In this document: positions 43,199 to 56,464 of the stretch, piece after piece
Position numbering within the stretch: position 1 is the stretch's first letter
How the letters are laid out: the number at the start of each line of letters is the position of its first letter
The notes under the pieces: model-generated
Seen by the model: the letters and a program-made list of their open reading frames with translations, nothing else
Database searches by the model: none
What the model was told of the DNA's origin: nothing
Program-made: the position numbers and the translations under genes
Assembly (NCBI GenBank): GCA_951406725.2
Contig: OX597828.1
Location: forward strand, 33,666,001 to 33,730,000
Origin: Octopus vulgaris
Taxonomy: Eukaryota
Length of the DNA: 64,000 nucleotides
Direction: 5' to 3'

Positions 43199-44003
43199 GA
43201 CGGGCTTCTTTCAGTTTCCGTCTACCAAATCCACTCACAAGGCTTTGGTCAGCCCAAGGCTATAGCAGAAGGCACTTACCCATGATGCCATGTAGTGGGA
43301 CTGAACCCAGAACCATGTGGGTGGGAAGCAGTCACGCCTGCGCCAATAGAAATATTTTAATTAAAATACAAAATATTAAAATTTTTGTGGTAAGAAGCTT
43401 ACTTCCCAACCACATGGTTCCGGGTTCAGTCCCACTGCGTGGCACCTTTGGCAAGTGTCTTCTACTATGGCCTCGGGATGACCAAAGCCTTGTGAGTAGA
43501 TTTGGTAAACGCAAACTGAAAGAAGCCTATCGTATATATATATATATATATATATATATACGATGGGCTTCTTTCAGTTTCCGTCTACCAAATCCACTCT
43601 CAATGCTTTATATATGTGTGTGTGTGTGTGTCTCTGTGTGTGTATGTATATGTGTGTGTCTGTGTGTGTGTATGTAATATATGCATATGTTTGTGCGTTT
43701 GTGTTTGTCCCTCACCACCATCGCTTGACAACCGATGCTGGTGTGTTTACGTCCGTAACCTTGCGGATCGGCAAAAGAGACCGATAGAATAAGTACTAGG
43801 CTTACAAGGAATAAATCCTGGGGTTGATTTGTTCGACTAAAAATGCGGTGCTCCAGTATGGCCGCAATCAAATGACTTAAACAAGTAGAAGAATAAAAGA
43901 ATCTCTAATAACATTTAATTATAAAAACTCAGTAAGATATTAGGGTCCAGTAGGGTCAAAAGGGGGTGGCATGAGCTAAAAAAAGGGGTGCTTGAGAAGC
44001 ATT
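42477..44003. mobile_element. hAT/Charlie-like MITE with three nested family A SINEs
   Basis: Left TIR CAGTACTTCTCAACC is preceded by ATCTAGAC (the Charlie NTCTAGAN target). The degenerate right TIR is cttgagaagcatt. SINEs lie at 42572-42910 (-), 42917-43342 (-) and 43386-43901 (+). Confidence 0.6.
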
Positions 44004-44295
44004 TACCCCTGTACAGATTTTGTTTTAAAAATGTGGTAGGAAGCGGACGAGGGAAGAGAGTTCATTATATTGCCCCCCTCTTCCCCTGCCTCACCACCCA
44101 TCCACCACAACCACCCCCTGCCCTGTTCCTCACTGAATATGCCATTTTACCGACGACCAGCCAAAGAGATGAATGGGCGAAATTGATTTAAGGGGTAGGG
44201 ATCGAACTCGGAACGTAATGTGTTACCAGGTAACGGAAAACGATTTGTTCGTCGCGCTACCGATTCTGTGTCAATGAAGCTTTCTTTACAATGCG

Positions 44296-44296
44296 T

Positions 44297-44374
<78 letters not shown>

Positions 44375-44633
44375 CACTACTACTACTGCTGCTACTGCTA
44401 CGACTACTACTACAACTATCACTACTATTACTACTACTACTACTACTACTGCTACTACTACTACTACTACTACTACTACTGCTACTACTACTACTACTAC
44501 TGCTGCTGCTGCACTACTACTACAGCTGCCACTACTACTACTACTACCACTACTACTACCACTACTACAACTGCTACTACTACTACCACTACTACCACTA
44601 CTAATACTAATACTTCTGCTGCTGCTACTACTA

Positions 44634-44664
<31 letters not shown>

Positions 44665-45723
44665 ACTACTACTACAGCTGCTACTACTACAACTACTACT
44701 ACTGCTGCCACTACTACTACTACTACCACTACTACTACAACTACTACCACTACTACAACTGCTACTACTACTACCACTACTACTACTACTACCACTACTA
44801 ATACTAATACTTCTGCTGCTGCTACTACTACTACTATTACTACTACTATTACCACTACCACCATTACCACCACCACCACTACTACCACTACTACCGTTGT
44901 TACACTTGGTGCCGCTGTTGTGTTCGTTGCAGTTGCAGTTGCCTTTATTAACATATTGTTGCCGCTAAAATTGATCCTGCTGCATATGTTGCTGTTAATA
45001 CAGGCTATTGCTGCTGCTGCTGCCGTTGCTGCTGTTGTTATTACTGCTGATGATGCTGATGATGGTTGTGGTGGTGGTGATGGTGGTTGTGGTTGTAGCG
45101 ATGATTATGATAATGGTGTCGATGGTGACAGCGAATGGTGGCGGAGTTGATAGTGAGTATGGCGATGATGGTGATGATGATGGTGGTGGCTGATGATGGT
45201 GATAATGATGTTGATGGTGGTGGAAGGCGTGGTGGTGATGGTGGTGGCTGACGATGGTGATAATGATGATGGTGGTGGTGGAAGGCGTGCTGGTGGTGGT
45301 GATGGTGGCTGACGAGGGTGATGGTGATGAAGATTATTATTGATACCGATGATCATGATCATGATCCTGATGATGATGATGACAATGACGATGACGATGA
45401 CGATGATGATGATGATGACGATGATGATGATTTTTATGATGATGAAGATGATGATGATGATGATGACGATGACGATGATGATGATGATGATGATGTGATG
45501 ATGATGATGATGATGATGACGATGACGATGATAATGATGATGTGATGATGATGACGATGACGATGATGATGATGATGTGATGATGATGGTGATGATGATG
45601 ATGATCATCATGATATTGATGATAGTGATGATGATGATAATGATGATGACGATGACGATGACGATAATGATGATGACGATGATATTGATGATGATGTGAT
45701 GATGGTGATGATAATGATGATAT

Positions 45724-45764
<41 letters not shown>

Positions 45765-45850
45765 GCGATGACGATGACGATAATGATGATGATGACGAAG
45801 ATATTGATGATGACGATGATATTGATGATGATGATGACGATGATATTTAT
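44296..45850. repeat. Long compound trinucleotide region: (CTA/CTG/CCA)n then (GGT/GAT/GAC)n
   Basis: Direct reading. Confidence 0.95.
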
Positions 45851-46764
45851 GTCGTAGTTGTTATCGTCATCATTATCATTGTTATATCATTATTGATGTC
45901 GTCGTCATCTCTATCATCGTCGCCGTCGTCGTCGTCGTCGTCGTTGTTCTTCTTGTTCTTCTTCTTCTTCTTCTTCTTGTTAATTTGGATTCAGAACATG
46001 AAAAAGCGTTGGAACACATCTCTGGAGAGCCAAAGTATCAACTTTTGACTTCCATTGTCTAATTGAATGAATCTTTCAGTCTTTTTTCTTTTTTCAATTT
46101 TCTTATTTTATCTTTTTCTTTATTTAATATTATATTATATTTTATTGTATTTTATTTCATTTTTCTTATTGTTGTTGCTGTTGCTGTTGTTGCTGTTCTT
46201 CATTCGCTCGTTTTCGTTCATTCGCTCGTTCGCGATATCTAAACAATACGGAGATTGAATAAAAGTTTAAACACTTGGTAAATATTCGAGTACTGCCTTC
46301 AAGCTAACAAAATGTTAAGTTAACGATCTAATCCATTAACTGTATGTTTTAACGCCAGCTCATTAAAATCTCATCAAATAGGTTACTTCCATAGACTTTC
46401 AAGCGAATATTGAGCAAGAGGAAGAGCGGAGGAGCAAAACACAACGAGAGAACGAGAGAGAGAGAGCGGCACATAGAGAGAGAGAGTGGCACATAGAGAG
46501 ACAGAGAGACACAGGGAGAGAGATAGGGACAGAGAGACAGAGAGACACAGAGAGGGAGAGTATTTCGCGTAAACTTGTCTTTCTTTTGCATGTTTTAACT
46601 CTCTTTCCGTCGTTTTAGTCAGTGAATTATATAAAAAGAAGTTTTCAAAAGAAAGCAATGTCTTGTAGCAAACAAATTCTAAACGTCGATTGTTGTTGTC
46701 ATGTGTTGTTGCTGTTGTTGCTGCTGCTGCTGGTGTTGTTGTTGTTGTTGTTGTTGTTGCTATC

Positions 46765-46835
46765 GTCGTTATTTAGCCCCAGGTCAACTTTGATGATTGA
46801 AAAGATCTATGATCAAAGGAAATTTTTAACTGTAA

Positions 46836-46869
<34 letters not shown>

Positions 46870-47072
46870 CTACAACCTCATCTTTTATTCCGCCTTTGGA
46901 TCATCCAGAACCGCAAACTATATTCTTCAGTGCGTCTTTCCTTTAATTTCTTTTTAAAGATGCAAGGAAGGCTGTTATTTGATTAAAATTTAGCTGCTAT
47001 TTCTAGCAGATCAAGTGACGTCGAAGACTCACTTTCGTTGGTTGGTGAATTCTAAATGTCCTGTGGAGAAAG

Positions 47073-47103
<31 letters not shown>

Positions 47104-47285
47104 GGTAACAGCTATTGTTCTTATTTAACCCTAGGTCGACCATGACATAGCATATATGTATGATCAAAGACATTCTAACCGTGACAACCTTGTCCTTTGA
47201 CAAGAAGGAAGGATATGATTTGTGGGAGATTTGGTTATTCTTTCAAGCAGATCAAACGATTGCAGAGACTCCGTCGTTAACTCAA
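46765..47285 (-). mobile_element. Two tandem copies of another short retroposon family (D) with (CAA/CAG)n tails
   Basis: Shared ttattta-ccc-aggtc..tatgatcaaag..ac-gt-ac and gctgctatttctagcagatc. Related pieces occur at 52870-53170, 60105-60545 and 60800-60850. Confidence 0.55.
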
Positions 47286-47375
47286 TAGCATCCTTCGTTA
47301 TGTTGTCTCCATCGATAACAAGAAAAGCCTTTAAAAATAAATCGAATTAAGGGCTGAGCAGGCATGGCTGTTTAG

Positions 47376-47742
47376 GCACAGGCGCGGCTGTGTGGTAAGA
47401 AGTTTGTTTCCCGCCACATGGTTTCGGGTTCAGTCCCACTGCGTGGCACCTTGTACAAGAGTCTTCTGCTACAGCTTCGAGCCGACGAAAACTGAAAGAA
47501 ACCCGTCGCATACGTGCATATGTATGTACATATCTTATGTGTGTGTCCTTATGATTTCTGTTTGTCCCCCAACCACTACTTGACACCCGTTGTTGGTTTG
47601 TTTACGTCCCTGTAATTTAGCGATTCGGCAATAAAGAATAAGGCTTTTAAAAACCTAATACTAGGGTAGTTTTCTTCGACTGAACACTTCAAGATGGTGC
47701 TCCAGCATGAACGCAATGCAATGAATGAAACAAGTAAAAAGA
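47376..47742 (+). mobile_element. SINE family A, diverged
   Basis: Homology to 6210-6613. Confidence 0.8.
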
Positions 47743-47776
47743 CTAAAATGATAAGGGGAAGCAACTCAAATGTACC

Positions 47777-48520
47777 GAGGGAGGTGTTGGCTGAGGATGT
47801 GGGATACATAGTGAGGGAGGGGAGTAAGATATTAGGAGTTGTGAAAGGTATGCTGAGAGATGAAAGGTTGAGTATGAAAGCGAAAAGTAGTGTGTATGAG
47901 GGCGTGATTGTGCTGACAATGTTATATGGTGCAGGGACGTGGGGGCTGAGAGAGGCGGAAAGGAGGCGACTAGATGTGTTTGAGATGAGATGTTTGAGGG
48001 CTATGGTTGGTGTGACACGGATGGATAGGATGAGGAACGAGGAGGTGCGAAGGCGAGCAGGAATGAAAGGAAAACTAACAACCAAATTGAATAGTCGAAT
48101 GTCGAGGTGGTTTGGTCATATGGAGAGAATGGATGAGGAGCGGATGATGAGGAGGGTGATGAAGTGGTAGGCAGCAGAACCAGAGGCAGACTTCAGTTTG
48201 GATGGAGTGAGGAAAGCTTTGATGGTTAGAGGCGTTGGAGTGAGAGAGGTGAGAGAGTTTATAAATGATAGGAAAACTTGGAGAGTATTTGTGGATGGAT
48301 GAGTGAATTTTGATGTTGTTCAAACGGATACAGAACCAGCATGATGTGGCGAGGGTAAACCCGCAGATACTGTCGGGCCCCGCTGCTGCTATTGGGGGTT
48401 GCGTTCTATGCCTTGACCCGAGCATAGAACGAGGCCCGTCTCTTTGAGCTGGGAAATGAATGGAATACCTGGAGTGTGTCTTGTTGTGGCTACCCACTCC
48501 TAAAAAAATTGGGGAATAGG
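47777..48520 (+). mobile_element. RTE-clade LINE, 5'-truncated
   Basis: KAKSSVYEGVIVLTMLYGAGTWGLREAERRRLDVFEMRCLRAMVGVTRMDRMRNEEVRRR..RWFGHMERMDEER. Confidence 0.9.
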
Positions 48521-49559
48521 CCCGGATATATAAAAAAAAACAATGTCCTGAATATTGTGTACAAAAACAAATCATAAATCAAGTGAAATTTTACTTTTAG
48601 TCAGAGAAAAACAATGGAAAACCTTATCTCTTCGCAATTGCAAGCGGTGAATGTGGTTAAGGTGTTAGGCCTCATGATCATAAAGCCGTAGGTTCGATTG
48701 CTGAACCGGACGTCGTGTTGTTCCATTGAGCTAGGCACTTCATTTTACATTGCATTGCTCCGGTCGATTCTATTCTAATTAAAACTAATCAAGGACTGGC
48801 GCAGTCTTTCCTCCCTCTAACCATTATGTTTTTGTTGTTTCGCTGGTGGGGCGGGGAAGGAATGCCGCGAAGAGATCTTTGCCTGTTCGCAATTATTCAT
48901 CTTTCACTTGTTTCAGTCGTTATATTGCAGCCCATGCTGGAGCATCGCCATGAACGGTTTATTTAATCAAATAAATCGATCCTAGTACATTCCTATATTC
49001 CTTTCTGAAGTCTGGTACATATTTTATCGGTCTCTTTTGCCAAACTGCTAGATTACGGGAACGCAAACTAGCCAACACCGGTTGTCAAACGGTGGGGGAC
49101 AAATACACACACACACACATACACATACACACACACATACACACATATGTATGACAGGCTTCCGCCAACAAAATTCACTCACAAGCGAAGCCTGATACAT
49201 GCTACCTAGTTATATTGATTGCGAACGACGGCTGTAGTTATGTTTAATTGCTTTCAACTTTCAAAGAATAGAAAGGATAATTTCAAGAACTTAACAATTA
49301 ATTTCTCAAGTTAATTATATGCTTAGGGAAAGAATTGATTTCTAAACTTAATTTATATGTTTAAAGAAGGCGACAGCTTTTCAATTTTTGTGTTACATCT
49401 CTTGATATTTGCTATGATCGAGTCCCTGAAACGATGCAATGCAAAAGCAACGCTTAAAACTACAGAATTCGAATTTCGTGTTCAAATATATCAGTACAAA
49501 CAGATATTTGTTCTATATTTTTGAGGTGAGGAATTCTGTATTAAAAAGAGGCAGCACAT

Positions 49560-49872
49560 ATGCTAAGACACAATAACCTCCTAAGCAGACCTAATGCAGA
49601 TACGAGTAGAATATGTATTAAGGAAGGATACAAAAATATTCGGTTTATAAGCCCTATAATTCACTCTATAATTGCCTACGGGCATATAGCGCAATGGTTA
49701 AGAGCGCAGGCTACTAACCCCAAGACTGCGAGTTCCATAATAATATCAGCAAAAAACAAAATACTTTAGGAATGAGAACCCAGGGTTGGGTTCAAAGGAG
49801 AGTAAATCAGCCGAAACGTTGTGGTAACAACAAACAAGAGGAGGACACATATCCGGTCGATGTAAATAATAA
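49560..49872 (+). mobile_element. Element with an internal tRNA-like segment and the 3' half of a hammerhead-like motif
   Basis: gggcataTAGCGCAATGGttaagagcgcaggCTACTAAccccaagactgcGAGTTCc at 49680-49737, and cagcc-GAAA-CGTT-gtg at 49808-49823. Confidence 0.45.
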
Positions 49873-50544
49873 ACAGCTATTTGTTTAAAACCTGTCGCAC
49901 TTTCTGTGCTTAATCTATACGAAAATGTCCCGTGGGTACTTAATTACCAAAGCCCTTCAATACCTATGGGACATTGTTCATCGATGACTTTTCTCCGCTG
50001 TTCTCGATTCAATGTTGTTTTGGGGGTTTTTTTATACCCCAGGTCTTGCAGGTTTTGAATTGTCATCGATGTCTCCTTGACTTGACTTTATTTTACCTCT
50101 GAGATGAGGTGGTCTGTTTAGTCTGGCCTCTAACCATTGATCAATCCAACATAGGAGGCACGACCAGGAATTCGAGTTACTGTGACACAGCTCTCAGGGT
50201 CAGTGAAACACACAAGCCAAAGATAGGACCTAGCGACGAATCCCGTAAGGTAGCATTTAAACATGATATTTTACAAGCTAATTTACATGTTTAGGGAAGA
50301 GTCAGCTTTTACGTAGCTGACTCATACTGACTCAAAATACCTTGAAAAGTGCAGTTGTGTGTAAATGACAAGATATCAGAGTATTTTTTTTTATATATAG
50401 TTGATTTCTTGATTTCTTTCTCAGACAGGACCCTAATATTTTCGAAGAATAAACTGGGGTTAGCCCTGATGAAGCAAATCTATCATCACATTACAGCTGT
50501 TGATATAGTTTTTTTTTTCTCCTAGATGTAACATAATCTATAGC

Positions 50545-50720
50545 GACGCCATTTTGATTGCTGACATTTCGATTCACCTTTGTCACGTGTGTTATTTTGG
50601 CCAATGAAAGATTTCAATAGACCAGAAATTTTAGCCGTGCAGAAATCTTAGACAATCAGAAACCAGTAGTTTGTTCGCAGTCTGCTATTTGATTCTCTCT
50701 TTACTCGTTCGCTCGACACT
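50545..50720. promoter_or_regulatory. Candidate promoter: YY1 site, E-box and CCAAT cluster
   Basis: CGCCATTTTG at 50547, GTCACGTG at 50582, ttggCCAATga at 50601 and a CCAAT-like tagaCAATcag at 50650, in non-repetitive DNA. Confidence 0.3.
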
Positions 50721-51082
50721 ACACGAGTCTTTCTTTCTCGAACAACCGATTATTGCTTTAATTTGGGCATTTGGAAACTAGAGGACATTTATTAGATTGA
50801 TGCAATTGCATCAGTTTGGATTAGAGTTTGCTGTAAATTCACTTTATGCTGGTTGGAATTAGAATGGTTTTGTGTGCTGGGGAGGGCACGTTATAACTGA
50901 ATATGAGATTTTTGTGTTATCTCGCTGAAATAATTTGCAACATTTGTTTTGTAGATGGAATGTTTTCTTAAAAAAGTGAAAACTATTTTTCACGACAGCT
51001 AACTTGTACGGTTGATTATACCATGTGATATTTCTTTTCTCTTTTTAAGTTCTGATTCTGTTAATATTTTACGTATACTTCA

Positions 51083-51273
51083 GGTGGCGAGCTGGCAGAA
51101 TCGTTAGCAGGCCGGGCGATATGTTTAACAGCATTTCGTTCGTCTTTACGTTCTGATTTCAACTTCCACCGGGGTCGACTTTACATTTCATTCTTTCAGG
51201 ATGAGCACTGGGGTCGACTTAAACGAATCAAACCTTCCCCAAAGCTGCTGGCCTTGTGCAAAAAAGTGAAACC
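51083..51273 (+). mobile_element. SINE family B with a 17-bp TSD
   Basis: AATATTTTACGTATACT at 51063-51079 and 51274-51290. Confidence 0.88.
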
Positions 51274-51290
51274 AATATTTTACGTATACT

Positions 51291-52150
51291 CAATTTTCTC
51301 CTAAGAAATAAGGCATCATTAGAGTATTTAGAAGAAGCCATTAGAGAAATATTGTAAACCATTTCTTCTTCTACAGGTATCTGAAACATGTGGATGTAAA
51401 GTCTCCTTACTTTAAGTAGATAGTCCTGTTTCTTTGAAAAAGATATGTAGTTTGTTGTAAGATCGCTGAAGGAGAAAAAAACCATCATCTCTATAAAGGT
51501 CACTTTCAATGTGGAAAATTATATATAAATCTGAGTAATATATGTAATCTGACGATATAACTGGCTTTAGCTGAGTTTTTTGATCCCACACTAATGTCGA
51601 ATGGTAGATTAGAATGTATTTGTTAGTCAAATAGCCTGGTCGTAATGAATTATGGTTTTAGGATATGATTTACCTTTCCGAATCGTTTATATTAGCTAGT
51701 GGTTTAGTAAAGTTAAGGCCATTAATTAGTAGAGATAGAGCTGTAGAAATTCTTCACATCAAATTGTTCACATTTAGAATTAATTTTGTTGTGATTTAAC
51801 TAAACCTTTAATGTTGGTTTTGATGAGTTTTGTTAATTCCAATAAATGAATTTGACCCTACATGAAGGTTATTAAATGTAAAATATGAATGTTGAGATGC
51901 AGAGGATCCTGTCTCGTTGTCTTCTTTGGTTTTGGGCGTTGATATTTCCAAAATTTCCAGTTTCTTCTCTGTTCGTCATTAGATTAAATAAAACTCTGTA
52001 ATATGTAGACTTCGCTATTTTTTCTTATTTCTTTGACGTTTTTTTAAATTTTGGAATTAAGGCTTTAGTCTATTTTGTAAGCAGCTCTTGCATTGCCTAT
52101 TCTTCATTACCAAAAATAATTTTTTTAAATTGGAGAATCTTATTAACAGA
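51291..52150 (-). mobile_element. Degenerate Penelope-like RT of the YRDDG type (Naiad-like)
   Basis: LYRDDGFFL at ~51475-51498, preceded by VGSKNSAKASYIVRLHIL (cf. MGSxDxAExxxLVGLYIL). Confidence 0.55.
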
Positions 52151-55100
52151 AGAGCATTTAATGAACATAAAACCGTACTTAAGGTTATTGTTGTTTTCAG
52201 TTGGTTTATGACAGAAAAATGCTCGTCATTTTCATTTTAACGAAATTAATCCGGATTTTGTCGAGTGCAGCTTATCATTTGATCCTTTGGGTTGAGATCG
52301 ATAAAATATGAATCGGACTCGTACTGAAATCGATATATTCTACTACACTATCCCCAAACAATGTCTAACCTCGTATTATGTGTCCGTGTTAGAAACCCAG
52401 AACTGTCGCTTTAACAAAAACTTCTTTACTGGATTAATTTATGCGACATTCCTGGCAATTCCAGCTGTTACATATCTATTAAAGCTTTCATTTAATTGCA
52501 GTTTTGTTACTCCTATTCCTGTCGGAATATGAAGAAAATATTATGACAGGTGACAACCATCTAAACCAATTAGTCAACTAATTAATTAATGATTCTTTTA
52601 TTACTATTTCGACAAGTACGGTGGTCGAGTGTAGGCCTCACTGAGGAGATTTAAAAATACCAAAACATGCCTGTATTTGCTGAAATGACTAAAATATTAT
52701 TCATCATAGAATTTTGACTTTTCCTCACCATATAAATATTTCTAATTATATCAATGATGCACATTATTTTGAATAAGTTAACAATGACTTAATTATTAAT
52801 TTTCATACCGAGAATATCACAGAGTGATAAATCAAAGTGACTCGTTTTTCTTAAACAAATACTGTCGCGCCAACGAGAACTCAGCTTGTTTGCCCGACCT
52901 TCTATAAATAACAGCTAAATCTACCTGAAATCATACCTTGACGTCTTCAAAAACTACAGACAATAGATAATGTAGTTTCAGCTAATAACATAAAGAGCAA
53001 GTAATGCAACTGAAAGAACCTCTACTCAGTTACACAATCTGTTAAAATAACAGCCGAATCTTCCTCCAGTCATCCTATCAACATGAACAGGAAAGACATT
53101 GATGTAATCGTAGATACATTATATCTGAAATAATGATAGGATGGTCACTATTAGAACGGCTTTGGTTATAGCTATGTTCAATGATAGCTGAACTGGCGCT
53201 GAACAATAAGACATGGGAAAACCTTTTCGAGAAGCGAGCCACATGAGATATGGCTCATCATCAGGCGGGCTGCACTACTACAAAATTCAAGGTAATATTT
53301 GGATAATGCACCATTCAGATAGTCCCGCGGGCCGCAGATTTCGCATGACGGCTTTACATACATCTGACCTAGAAATATCTCACCGGAATCACTGCTGTCT
53401 TAGGAAAAGGAAAGACACGGCAGATAATAGCTACATTTTGAGGAGAAAAGAAAACCTGACGTGACCAGACATGTTTGGTCTTTATAAATACAGTCTCCAC
53501 TTTTGCACCGCAGTTGAGTGGTTTGTAGAAGCAAAGGCATCCACCTGAAGAAAATAATTTGTTTGGTCCAACGAAATAAAAAAAAAGCGTAAGAAAATAA
53601 AAGAAGGAACGAGCGCAAAAGAAATATATAAAAACAGGTAATGTGAAAGAGTTATATGTATAAAGTTGCATCAGATGAATTGCTTGTCACAAATGAATGC
53701 TTTTAGCAATGTGGTCGGACGTGCAAACAAATAAACATAATGAGCATGTTTCAACTAATACTTGCTATGATAATATTGGTAATTCTTGATAGAAGATATA
53801 ACGCTGGCAGCATTTCTACGAACAATAGCAACTGAAATTCGCTGATTCAACCAAGAAGCTTCTCTTTTTATCAAAGTAAATGTCAATGAGACGACAACCA
53901 GGCTACTTGTTTTAAGTAAATGGCTGTCGAAGGACATATATGCATATAGTTTCAATGGCGAGTGGATGGAAAAGATAGCGGTTTATTCATTCCAAGTATT
54001 TGAGGCTCTTCGTAATTTCTACGTACATAAGGCTGAAGAGCTGTCAATCAATGATTGCATGACATACTGAAAGTGTCCACCACCATTAGTCCCCCCCCAC
54101 AACACACACACACCCACACACAACAGACACTTCCTGTGTTGCCATGGGAAAGAAGTTACCATCTGTTCTGCTCAAGCTTGAAGGTTCGAGAATTGATGGA
54201 ACATTAACGAGAACCAATGCCCTTGGAAGGATGTGGTTGAATGTGCTGCGATGAGAAAAAAAAACGTCTTTGAGTTTGTAGGCTAATCCATGGGATTATT
54301 ATTGGTGCGAGATTGGTTGGCACAATGTTGCCTCAGTGAGAAGGGCCAAACTGATTCGGAGGTCACCATTGTTATGCAAGTCCCTTCTTCAACAAATAAG
54401 CAAAACTGTTCGAGGAAGCACGGGAAAATAAATGTAGGATAGTAAAAGTAAAACCAAAATAAATCTCAAATATGAATATATTTTATAAAGACAACGTTCA
54501 CGTATATTTTAAACTAAAATAGAGTGTTTAATTAACCTAACAAAAATCTCCCCCCCACACACACACACACACACAAAACTACGAATTTGAAGGATGGTTG
54601 AGTCAGCATTTGACAAGTACTTTATTCACTCGATACCGGAAGAATGGAAAGAAAAGATAACCTGAGCGAGATTTGAAGTAAGCTAAAGGGTCGTAACTAA
54701 AAGCCACAGGATTTTTGTCTGACTTTACTCCTCTTTAAATGACATAAGATTAAGGTTATTTGTTTCGTCCTGAAATGTATTGTAAGGCACACACTGGGAG
54801 CAGGAATGCCTGAATGATTAAGTTCGCATCAGAATAATGAGGTCTTCACAATTAATCCCATTACGCGTCATCTTTGTCGAGTTTCTTCAACTACAGCTTC
54901 CAATGGACCGAAGGCTTTCGAGTGAAAGTGGGCAGAGAAAAGCGTTGTGAAATAACAAACAAAGCTAAGCTCGTCATGAGTAGATATCAAATAATTCTGA
55001 ATATGCAGATGAAGAGGAAATTACAGAAACTAAACCTAACTCAATTTTAAAAGGAATATTCTAAAGACTTTCTATCTTTATCTCTCTCTCTACACACCTT

Positions 55101-55349
55101 TTCCACCTGTTATTATCACCTTTAGCCAACATGTTAAAACAGACTGGAATCGGAAAAAGAGGCTATATGAGGACAAGCATTCATCTTTAGTATATGAACC
55201 TCAAGTTGTTAGCTGCAGGTGATAAACAACTAGAAACACTTCAGCAAAGAGTACACGGTTTTACTAAAGAAACTGACATAAGACTCGATAATAAAAATCC
55301 ACCAAGGCAAGCTTGAAGTGAGAAAATTGGGCAAGTGTCGTCATCTCTA

Positions 55350-55423
55350 GTCATGTGGCATGCATCTTCTACAAATCTTCGTGGGTGGATTTGGGAGGAG
55401 GAAACTGAAAGAATCTCATCGTG

Positions 55424-55468
<45 letters not shown>

Positions 55469-55672
55469 CTATGTGTGTATCTTTGTTTCTGTGTTTGTCT
55501 CCCACCGGTATTGGAACGTCCCCGTAACTCAGCGGTTCAGCAAAAGAAACCGAGAGAATAAATACCAAGTTTCAAAAATAAGTAATGGGATCGATTCATT
55601 CGACTAAAAATTCCTCAAAGTGGTGCCCCAGCATGGCCGCAGTCTAATGACTGAAACAAGTAAAATATAAAA
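55350..55672 (+). mobile_element. SINE family A, diverged and headless
   Basis: Homology to the central and 3' parts of 6210-6613. Confidence 0.75.
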
Positions 55673-56424
55673 GATGTGGCTATAGTAGAAGACATTTGCC
55701 CAAGGTGTACCATCCAATGAGATCGAACCCATGACCACATGATTGCAAAGTGAACTTTTCTCAACCATACGGCAACGCCTACGATCGGTATCCACTATTC
55801 CTCGTGTCTTAGTAATGATAAATAACAAACAAAGGTATCAAGGTGTTATATAATATTTAATAAAATCGAACAGTTAATAACAAATGATAAATAAATAATA
55901 AATAAACAAATAAATACATACATATTAATAATTAATTTGACAAATAAATGAACTGAATAAATTAGGATATTTTTTATAAAATTGAAAATCCTTAAATAAT
56001 TAATATATTATGATAATATCAGATTAACTCGTTATAATATTTACATCATCGCTTGTCATAGACAAAAATTTGCACCAACATCAACACCACTTTCCTCCAT
56101 TGCTTTTTGTTTTATCATATATATATTTTTGCTTTCATATTTTACATTAAATTCTGATAAATTTTTCTATATGTTTATGTTTTATTTTGTTTTAGGTTGT
56201 TTTTTTTTATTATTATTTTTATAAGTTTTTTTTTTAATAATTTTTTTTTCTGTTCATTTCAATTCACAGACCAGAACTTTCGGCAATTTCGTCATCACAG
56301 CCAGCTTCTTCGGGAAGCAATCAATTTGCATTCTTTACAAAAAGGGAGTGGGAGGGGGCAGCATTTTGACCCCCAAAGAAGAAAAACAAAACTATAAAAC
56401 AATAGACACACATACACAAACATA

Positions 56425-56464
<40 letters not shown>

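Noticed and set aside
50460-50505. Hammerhead at CTGATGAagc...acagctgt (and CTGATGA near 59055)
   Set aside because: The GAAA core and stem II are missing, so it is too degenerate to call.
53178-53464. Short ORFs as host exons
   Set aside because: They contain cccgcgggccgca, typical of hAT/Charlie subterminal sequence, and show no recognisable protein motif.
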